Source of the DNA: Paraspadella gotoi
Lineage: Eukaryota > Animalia > Chaetognatha
Length of the DNA: 16,783 bases
Direction of reading: 5' to 3'
NCBI GenBank assembly: GCA_051294375.1
Contig: JBJCIZ010000015.1
Location: forward strand, 1 to 16,783
Below, piece after piece: positions 1 through 7,639 of the stretch. A program made the translations under genes and the position numbers. The notes beneath the pieces are model-generated. The model was not told where the DNA came from and did no database searches. It worked only from the letters and a program-made list of their open reading frames with translations. Every line of letters begins with the position of its first letter. Positions within the stretch are counted from its first letter, which is position 1.

Positions 1-51
1 TCGCTCGAATTTTTTTTCTTCGCGAAGCGACATATCTATCCTAATCCTTAG

Positions 52-77
52 CTCCTCTCCTTCCGTCTCCCAAATCG
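52..77 (+). CDS. Gcn5: Possible upstream 26-nt micro-exon of Gcn5/PCAF (SSPSVSQI)
   Basis: TAG acceptor (49-51) preceded by CTAAT (41-45), GTATGC donor at 78. It ends in phase 1, matching the phase-1 start of exon 221 (g+tt = Val). No homology support; inference only. Confidence 0.35.
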
Positions 78-220
78 GTATGCGCCTTTTCTTCCGCCTC
101 CGTCGCTGCTTAGCGCCGCGTAAGAAAGAATTTGCCACGCCCGGTGCCGCGTCGGTGCGGCTGAGTCGGCCCGCCTATCTTTAAAGTTAATGTTAAGTTT
201 ATTTCATCATTTATCCGCAG

Positions 221-327
221 TTGTCCAACAAAACAGCATTCAAAAAATCAAGCATAAAAAGGAACAAGTTAAAACTTTTCCGCGCAGCAAAAAATTGGAA
301 AAACTCGGAGTTTATTCTAGTTGCAAG
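221..327 (+). CDS. Gcn5: Gcn5/PCAF (KAT2) exon, start of PCAF N-terminal domain
   Basis: CAG acceptor, GTGATT donor. Encodes VQQNSIQKIKHKKEQVKTFPRSKKLEKLGVYSSCK, matching the remembered KAT2A/B motif PRAKKLEKLGVYSACK. Phase 1 to 0. Confidence 0.93.
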
Positions 328-427
328 GTGATTAATTTCGTCCGAAGGGATAGATCCCAAATATTAATTCAAGCCTGATCTGACCTGACCTGACCCGCCC
401 AATTTTTGTACTTACCTTCCTATAAAG

Positions 428-569
428 TTCGACGAGTCGTGCAAATGTAACGGATGGAAGAACCCAAATCCGCTGCCGAATCCCGCCGCCGCTCCGCAGA
501 TGCGGCTGGACGCTTCGCAGCCGCTCGCCTCTCTGGCCGATCCCTGCCGCCAGTGCGGACACACGCTAG
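428..569 (+). CDS. Gcn5: Gcn5/PCAF exon, zinc-binding region
   Basis: AAG acceptor, GTCAGT donor. Encodes FDESCKCNGWKNPNPLPNPAAAPQMRLDASQPLASLADPCRQCGHTL, with the CKCNGWKNP and CxxCxH motifs of PCAF_N. Phase 0 to 1. Not in the ORF track. Confidence 0.95.
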
Positions 570-634
570 GTCAGTCATCTCATTTGTCGAACCGGTTGAG
601 TAACGAAAAAAGAACGTCGGCTCTTCATTTTCAG

Positions 635-735
635 AATATCACGTGAGTCACTTGGACCAGACGGAGGACGATGAACTTAACAGGCTCCTGGGCATCGTCG
701 TCGACGTTGAGAACCTCTTTATGTGCGTTCATAAG
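635..735 (+). CDS. Gcn5: Gcn5/PCAF exon
   Basis: TTTTCAG acceptor, GTAAGT donor. Encodes (E)YHVSHLDQTEDDELNRLLGIVVDVENLFMCVHK, similar to remembered HVSHLENVSEEEMNRLLGIVLDVEYLFTCVHK of vertebrate PCAF. Phase 1 to 0. Confidence 0.96.
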
Positions 736-812
736 GTAAGTCGGTTACGTAAGTCGGTTACGTTACTCAGTCAATAAATAAACAAGAATTTAACAAAATA
801 AACCGTCTACAG

Positions 813-996
813 GAGGAAGATTCCGACACGAAACAAGTCTACTTCTTCCTCTTCAAACTCCTACGACGCTGCATCCTAAAGTTGTCGAAGCCAGTGATCG
901 AGGGGCCGCTGGGGACGCCGCCCTTCGAGAAGCCGAGCATCGCCAAGGCCGTCACCAACTTTGTCCTCTACAAATTCGGTCACCTCGCACAGAACG
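813..996 (+). CDS. Gcn5: Gcn5/PCAF exon
   Basis: CAG acceptor, GTGGGT donor. Encodes [61 protein letters not shown], the conserved PCAF_N core. Phase 0 to 1. Confidence 0.96.
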
Positions 997-1215
997 GTGG
1001 GTTGGGGTCCACGGTGCCACATGCCTCCAGGAAAATATCCTGACCCAGTGGCGGGTAATCTAATTTTAAAAGAAAGGTTCAATAGTAAGCGATTGTTGGG
1101 TCCGGAGAAGAGCGGGAGTTTAACCTGGAGGTCTCTCTATACAAGCTTTCTCAGTGTAGGCGATTGGTGGGTCCGGAGAAGAGCGGGAGTTTAACCTGGA
1201 TGTCTCTCTATACAA

Positions 1216-2030
1216 TAGAGCGTTCAAAGATAACAAAATATAAGAAATTTAATTTCATTCATTATTATTATAAGGTCTGAAGAATTCGATGATGATAACC
1301 ATTTTTTGGTAAAGTTTCATCTTCCTTGTCGCCAGTGGCGATTTTTGAAGCATATAAGGTGCTATTAAAATGGCGTAACCATTGTAGTGTATGAGAAACT
1401 AAAATTATTAAAATTTTCTAAAAGTCATATTTTGCTTATATAATATAAAAATAAAGACCCATAAAAATATTTTAGTAAGTTTATTTACAAATTTTATATT
1501 TTATTAACAGCTTGTTAACTATATTTATTAATAATTACTTAATTAGTAGTTACTGTCTCTTCAGGCTAAAGTTAAAAAATAAATATTTTGAAATTTTAAA
1601 ACCGGATTTGAATTCCTTGCAAAAAGTTGATAGAAGGAAGTAAAATCCATTTTAACAAATTCTTTCATTAAGTTGGTTAAAAATGTTAAAAACTATGATT
1701 TTTGTTTAAATTTATTATTTTTGGCTTAAAATTATAGTTTTTCTAAATTTTGACTAACTTAATGATATAATTTTTTAATAAAAAATATATTTTCTTATAT
1801 CAACTTTTTGCAAGGAATAAATTTTTTTAAATTATTATTTTTTAACTTTAGCCTAATTTTTATTCATAATTATTAATAAATATAACTAACTTTTAATCGT
1901 CATTTCCGACAAGAAAGATAAAATTATAGAAAAAAATGGTCATCACCATCGAATTCTTCAGACCTTATTACAGTAAAATAATTATGAATGGAATTTAATA
2001 TCTTATATTTTGTTATATTTGAACGCTCTA
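1216..2030. mobile_element. Non-autonomous hAT-type DNA transposon (MITE), 815 bp
   Basis: Imperfect TIRs of about 90-100 bp (TAGAGCGTTCAAA... at 1216, ...TTTGAACGCTCTA ending 2030). Exact 8-bp TSD CTATACAA at 1208-1215 and 2031-2038. TAGAG termini with an 8-bp TSD are typical of hAT. No transposase ORF. Confidence 0.88.
1503..1897. repeat. Internal AT-rich fold-back inside the hAT MITE (possible second nested MITE)
   Basis: GGCTAAAGTTAAAAAATAA...ATTCCTTGCAAAAAGTTGATA (1564-1631) is inverted at about 1798-1853; ATATTTATTAATAATTA (1521-1537) is inverted at 1867-1883. Centre near 1715. Ends approximate. Confidence 0.7.
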
Positions 2031-2538
2031 CTATACAAGCTTTCTCAGTGTAGGCGATTGGTGGGTACGGAGAAGAGCGGGAGTTTAACCTGGAGGTCTC
2101 TCTGTACAAGCTTGCTCAGTGGGATCGTAGGATAATGGTTGTGGTGTGGAAGACGATACCGTGACCAATAAATCAATAGCCTCACGATGCTTGATTGACA
2201 AAATAAACGAAAAACTCTCGCACTCTTTCTTTAATATTTTTTAAAAAAATTATTCCTTGAAAAATTCCGTTCTTTAGACATAAGGGGTTTAGTTCCCCTT
2301 TTTACGACATGAAAACTATTTTAAATATTGTTTTACTGTTTACTTTTTTTTCTCTTTCTTTTTTTTTTAAACACTTTTTGTAGACCTATAGAAGCATCTG
2401 TCTGCATGTTTTTTTAAAATTTTTGTGCCGAATCATCCTTGTTGTTCTTATTTAATTGGATAATGAGCCAAGGCACTAATGAAGATTGTTTTATTTAAAA
2501 ATAATCAATAGTTATATTCGATGATTCTTTTCCGACAG

Positions 2539-2744
2539 AGTGGCAGACCATGTATGACTTGGCCAAAATGTTCCACCACTGCCTCAACCACTGGAGGCTT
2601 GAAACTCCTGCGCAGCGCAAAGCTGCGAATCACCAACAGCAGCTTCTGCAGCAGGGCGCCAGAAACGACAAGGACGAGGGAAGCGGCGCTGGCGGAAACG
2701 AGAGAGCCCTCTTCACGCCGCCCGACGATTTGACGACGTACAAA
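2539..2744 (+). CDS. Gcn5: Gcn5/PCAF exon with a low-complexity insertion
   Basis: CAG acceptor, GTGAGA donor. Encodes (E)WQTMYDLAKMFHHCLNHWRLETPAQR...PPDDLTTYK; the WQTMYDLAKMF..CLNHW.LE.P motif is typical of metazoan Gcn5. Phase 1 to 0. Confidence 0.95.
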
Positions 2745-3026
2745 GTGAGACGAGGAAACTTGTTTTATTGTTTATTTTATTTTTATCGTCGCAATCGCTA
2801 AGCGTTTGCGACGATATTGTAACGCTTTTGCGCATAAGTGGCGTCGTCGGTGTTCCAAATTATTGATCGCCTTTTTTATGATTAAATTTGGGTGTATGAA
2901 GCTGAAAATTTATATACAGCTTCTCATCATCGATGTGCTTAAAATTGAGTCTGGACAGTTATTAAATATGTTTTGTTTACGTTTTATCAAAACTGATTCA
3001 TAGAGAAAGGGGGGGAAAAAAACGAG

Positions 3027-3186
3027 TCTGCAGCTGGCTCTGCAGGGGCTTATTCTTTTTCTCTCTTTTCTCCTGCTGCTTCTGCTTCTGCCTTTTGATT
3101 TTTTTCTCTGCAGCTAGCTCTTCAGGGGCTCTTTGTTTTTCTCTCTTTTCTCCTGCTGCTTCTGCTGCTGCCTTTTGATTTTTTTC
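3027..3186. repeat. 80-bp tandem duplication (2 units)
   Basis: TCTGCAGCT...CTCTCTTTTCTCCTGCTGCTTCTGCT..TGCCTTTTGATTTTTTTC begins at 3027 and again at 3107. Confidence 0.85.
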
Positions 3187-3248
3187 TTTTTTTTTGGGTG
3201 CCGCTGCTGCTGCCGCTGCTGATTCGTCTGAAAACGATTTGGCTTCTT

Positions 3249-3342
3249 TCTCTCTCTCTCTCTCTGATTAATGTTTTTCCTCTAAACACTTTTATCGCCA
3301 TTTATTCCCAAATTTATATCCGAGATTTTCGTGGATTTTTTT
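3249..3342 (+). repeat. Fragment of the repeat module found in the HINE-like elements at 9564-14915
   Basis: (CT)n followed by GATTAATGTTTTTCCTCTAAACACTTTTATCGCCATTTATTCCCAAATTTATATCCGAGATTTTCGTGGATTTT, matching the modules near 11260-11370 and 11930-12010. Confidence 0.8.
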
Positions 3343-4043
3343 TCCTAAATATTCTAAATAAAATAAACACATTTGAATCCGACAAAGTTTTAATTAGATA
3401 ACCAGTCTGGGTGTCATTCTGTTCGTTTTTCCAAGCTCTTTTTAACTAAAAAAGTTTTATTTAAAAAAAGCAACTTTTTCTCCCAAGCCAGGGGTGTTGA
3501 AGTCAAAATATGGAAATTTACCATTTAGTATTTTTTAGCTTTTTCCAGTTAATTTTTTTAATATAATAATCTTTAATCAAGTTAATTACTTCTGATAATG
3601 ATTTTAATTTATTCTATTTAACTGTTTTTAAAACATTCATTAAAAAATATTAGTTTTTAGCTTAAGCCAAGGGTGTTGAAGAGCTAAAATGTTTAAATAC
3701 TTTTTTTTTAATATTTATAATTTATAATTTATTATTTTTTTAAAGATAACTTATTTTAATCATGGTAATGAAAATATTTGATATCTTTAAATGATTTGAG
3801 GCAACTTACCACAGCTTTAAATTAATCAATTAATTTAATAATGTTTTTTAAAACTGAAAACCCCAAAAACTTCTATGATCCAAAGCAATTAATTTTAGTT
3901 TTTAATCACAAAATATAATTGTTACAAGATAAAAATTATTTAAATAATATTCGGATATTACTATAAAAAAAATTATTTACTTTATACTATATAAATATAA
4001 TTTTATTTAAAAAATAATTTTAAAAATGATATCTGCATATAAA

Positions 4044-5456
4044 TTTATGGTTCCGAATGGAACCGGGATTCTTCATGGTTCTTCCCCACCAACAAGTGAG
4101 CATCTGCTCTGCAAACGCGACATCTCCCGAGAGAAAAAAGAAGAGGAATCCTCCTCTTCCCCGCCTTCTCTTCCCCCACCCGTACGCTACCTCAGTACGC
4201 CGTCACGAGATTGAATCACTCGTAACCAAGCAAACCAAGAGGGGGGAATCCCGGGAAGACTTCCGGTGAAGCGCCACGCCCACTTGACCGGATGTCGTAG
4301 AAGGGGGGGGATGAGAAACCGCAAAAAACCAGTCCATGGACGAAAACCGGGTCTGGAGAAGCTGACGGCCGGACGAGGCAACGGCCGAAAGAGCTGTCGG
4401 GCGATCAGTCGGCGTCCTTTGACGTCCCTGGAGCCCCGCCCCTATGCTTGGGAGGCGGTGAAGACTTGCGAGGCCGGTAGGGACGGCGAGCTGGACTACG
4501 TGGACTGCCACGCCTACGCTTGCCGCTAGCAGAACAGGCGCAATTGTGAGGTGCCCCGGGGTGGAGAAGCGAAGAATGGAACGCTTGAGTAACATCTGTG
4601 GAGCGGTCTCCGAAAAGGAATGCCATGGAGGGCGAAGAACTGGACAGAACTGTCTTGAGATCCGAAGGGGCAGCGTCGACAACTAAGCGCCGAGACTCAG
4701 AGAGGGCCAAACCGAAAATCGTCGCCAAACCCGACGAGGCGTCTCCAAGGGCCTTGGCAAAATCGTCAAGGTGGCCTGCGTCTACTGCACCGGGCCCCTC
4801 CGACCGAAGGGCCTCAACCATGAGGCGAAGAGCGTCAGCGACAGAAAGGACAGCATGAGCGGACGCTCCGGCATTTCTAATGATGTGCTCAAAAGCCTTG
4901 AAAGAGCGCGTCGTCTTGGAGTCCTTCCGAACGGCGTCGAACTGAGCGGCAAGGCAACTCTTGAGCAGGAGGATGAAATTCCGCCGGCAAAGAGACATCC
5001 GACCAGCGCCTAAAACGCGTGTTGGCGGAAAACACATCCCACGATGGTAAAAGAACGTTGTCCTGGCCAACTCTGCGCAAGTCCCTCCACGCACAACGAA
5101 GACAGAGAAAAAAGGCGGCCGTGAAGCCAGAACTTCAAACAGCCACGTGTCGAAGAATATCTGTATTCTGAACTCAAAAACAAAAATGGGAAAACAAAAA
5201 ATATGCAGAATTATTTAACAAAAATAATCAAAAAAATATTTTCGAAAAAAACCGGGAGACTGAAAGCGCAAAAGCGCAAACAGAAGTGATTCTGTCTCGT
5301 GACGGCGTACTGAGGTAGCGTATGGGTGGGGGAAGAGAAGGCGGGGAAGAGGAGGATTCCTTTTTTCTCTCGGGAGATGTCGTGTTTGCAGAGCAGATGC
5401 TCACTTGTCGGTTGGGAAGATCCATGAAGAATCCCGGTTCTATTCGGAACCATAAA
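4044..5456 (-). mobile_element. Internally deleted DIRS1-like (tyrosine recombinase retrotransposon) element
   Basis: GC-rich island bounded by ~175-bp inverted termini beginning TTTATGGTTCCGAAT(G/A)GAACC (terminal hairpin GGTTCC-GAAT-GGAACC at 4049-4064), enclosing a gag-like ORF. No intact RT, RNase H or tyrosine recombinase sequence seen. Confidence 0.6.
4405..5094 (-). pseudogene. DIRS-type Gag/ORF1-like fragment (229-aa ORF)
   Basis: Helical Ala/Leu-rich region, then DASSGLATIFGLALSESRRLVV...DLKTVLSSSSPSMAFLFGD and a basic R/P/S tail. Resembles the remembered RR...L...P....LFG signature of DIRS1 Gag. Not verified by search. Confidence 0.55.
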
Positions 5457-6121
5457 TTTATATGCAGATATCATTTTTTAAATTATTTTTTAAATAAAAT
5501 TATATTTATATAGTATAAAGTAAATAAATTTTTTTTATAGTAATATCTGAATATTATTTAAATAATTTTTATCTTGTAACAATTATATTTTGTGATTAAA
5601 AATTAAAATTAATTGCTTTGGATCATAGAAGTTTTTGGGGTTTTCAGTTTTAAAAAACATTATTAAATTAATTGATTAACTTAAAGCTGTGGTAAGTCGC
5701 CTCAAAGCATTTAAAGATATCAAATATTTTCATTACCATGATTAAAGTAAGTTATCTTTGTTGGTGGGGAAGAACTACATGATAGAATTTTGTACGGATA
5801 AGAGTAATAGTTTGGTTTAACTCTATATACAAATATTTTGTTATTAAATAAAATGATTTTTTTTAATATATAATAATTGTTTTTTACTTTTTTCATTAAA
5901 TAATTGTTTTTAAACAAAAAAGTTTTGTTTTCTCACTAAATCTAAAAACACAAGGAAAAGAAAGTTATGATTTATAAAACATTCATTAAAAATAATTACC
6001 TCTTATAATCCGATTCATATATTTAAATTAATTCATTGTTTTTTTCCTTTCTGTTTCGTTGTGATTTGATTTAGAACAAAGTTTGAAGAGAGATTTAACA
6101 ACGATTTTTATTTCGTAGTGA

Positions 6122-6164
6122 AACGAGACATGTTTCGACTCACATACGAGTCTTCTTCAGCGCC
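6122..6164 (-). ncRNA. Minimal type I hammerhead ribozyme motif (antisense copy)
   Basis: Minus strand reads GGCG-CUGAAGA-A-GACUC-GUAUGU-GAGUC-GAAACAUGUC-U-CGUU. One extra U after the cleavage triplet weakens stem I. Confidence 0.75.
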
Positions 6165-6325
6165 AATTCAATTTGTGAATTTGAAGAGAATTTTGTGCAT
6201 AAAGAAAGAGAGAGAGAGAGAGACAGAGCAAAGTTTCCAACACAGAGTTTGAGAAAGGATAGTGTTCAGTTTTTTATTAGGGACAGGTGAAGGTGAGGAC
6301 AGAGATAGTTTGTGAAAAGAAATTG

Positions 6326-6368
<43 letters not shown>

Positions 6369-6582
6369 CAGTGCCTGAAAATATATTACATTATGAAATG
6401 TACAACAATGTTAAAATTTGGTAAACTTTAATAATGAATAATATCAACAATTAGCTACTGTAATAAATTAGTGAAATGAAATAGAAGTTCAGAAATGTGA
6501 AATATTTATTGTTAGTGAGGGATAGCAAAGTAATTAGGAAAAGGGAAATTTCAAGTAATAAGAAAGAGCTCAAAAATGAGCT

Positions 6583-6745
6583 AATACTGGCCATCTATTC
6601 AGAGAATCAGACTGTCTCGTGCTGTCCCATGACCCAAGCTGGTTTTCAAGAGGTATTAGAGAGGCAATCTACATCAAAACCCTCGACCCTCTTTGAACCG
6701 TGATGGAGGACGATTCGATCTCCCTCCAAGCTATGATTGCTTATC
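6583..6745 (+). pseudogene. Penelope GIY-YIG endonuclease C-terminal fragment, frameshifted
   Basis: Frame from 6583 gives NTGHLFRESDCLVLSHDPSWFSRGIREAIYIKTLDP; after a 1-nt deletion near 6690 it continues SLNRDGGRFDLPPSYDCL. Matches the PLE motif GH.F......L..E..W..RG..EAIYI....PSLNRDGG. A Pro/Arg-rich tail may continue in ORF 6737..7132. Confidence 0.9.
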
Positions 6746-7380
6746 AAAAGCGTGGTGGAGGCCCCGTCTCCACCACGTCCGCACAATGATTCCCCCATCT
6801 CCACTCAACGAGATAGGCGGAGACCCTTGCGCAGGCAATGGGCAGACGATACTCTCCTTCAACTGCAGCAACTCATTCCCTTCCTCTGTGGACTGAGCGC
6901 CGCCCAAAGCGACGGCTGCAGGAGGAAGGGGGGAGGCCACCACTCCTGTCGCGAAAGTGGCAAGAATGGACAGCCGCCCACCTCGCCAGCAGGCAAGAAG
7001 TGGGCAGTCGGCAGGCGTACCAGGCCAGAGAGACATCCGAGTAGCCTTTGGTTTCTTCCCGCAAGGAAGTCTTCCCAGCTCTGCACTTGTAGGTCCACCA
7101 ACCTGTCCTCTCAGCCAATGACACACCAATGACCCAACCTTATCAATCTAGCCTTTCATTTTCATAACCAAGGGGGGCCAGCTCATTTTTGAGCTCTTTC
7201 TTATTACTTGAAATTTCCCTTTTCCTAATTACTTAGCTATCCCTCACTAACAATAAATATTTCTCATTTCTGAACTTCTATTTCATTTCACTAATTTATT
7301 GTTGATATTATTCATTATTAAAGTTTACCAAATTTAACATTGTTGTACATTTCATAATGTATTATATTTTTCAGGCACTG

Positions 7381-7419
<39 letters not shown>

Positions 7420-7529
7420 CATTTCAATTTCTTTTCACAAAACTATCTCTGTCCTCACCTTCACCTGTCCTTAATAAAAAACTGAACACTCACCTTTCTC
7501 TCAAACTCTGTGTTGGAAACTTTGCCTTG

Positions 7530-7562
<33 letters not shown>

Positions 7563-7597
7563 ATGCACAAAATCTCTTCAAATTCACAAATTGAATT

Positions 7598-7639
7598 GGC
7601 GCTGAAGAAGACTCGTATGTGAGTCGAAACATGTCCGTT
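7598..7639 (+). ncRNA. Minimal type I hammerhead ribozyme motif (sense to Gcn5 pre-mRNA)
   Basis: Stem I GGCG/CGUU; core CUGAAGA 7602-7608; stem II GACUC/GAGUC with loop GUAUGU; GAAA 7626-7629; palindromic stem III ACAUGU 7629-7634; predicted cleavage after GUC at 7635. Confidence 0.82.

Larger units (their letters stand above)
1085..2120. repeat. 71-bp tandem repeat, about 3 units, interrupted by the MITE at 1216-2030
   Basis: Unit GTAGGCGATTGGTGGGTCCGGAGAAGAGCGGGAGTTTAACCTGGAGGTCTCTCTATACAAGCTTTCTCAGT at 1085-1155, 1156-1215 plus 2039-2049, and 2050-2120. Confidence 0.92.
3742..5759. repeat. Long inverted repeat: arms 3742-4220 and 5285-5759, spacer about 1.06 kb
   Basis: Arms are reverse complements with about 15 substitutions and a few small indels by manual count. 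The ORF track shows mirror ORFs 4026..4214(+) and 5211..5474(-). Confidence 0.97.

Noticed and set aside
332-1194. Track ORFs 332..562(-), 876..1082(-) and 961..1194(+) as separate genes
   Set aside because: Antisense or off-frame shadows of the Gcn5 exons and adjacent intron.
1277-1300. CTGAAGA in the MITE TIR as another hammerhead core
   Set aside because: No stem II followed by GAAA and no stem III/UH.
1085-2120. 71-bp repeats as a CRISPR-like array
   Set aside because: Units are contiguous with no unique spacers, there are no cas genes, and the context is a eukaryotic intron.
4221-4400. Start of a DIRS reverse transcriptase ORF on the minus strand (QVG..RFTGSLPG..PSWFAWLR)
   Set aside because: Only faint resemblance to the VGGRL...W motif and needs frameshifts; too weak to list.
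4026-5513. Mirror-image ORF pairs (MISAYKFMVPN...) suggesting duplicated small genes
   Set aside because: By-product of the inverted repeat; the reading frames differ between arms because of indels.
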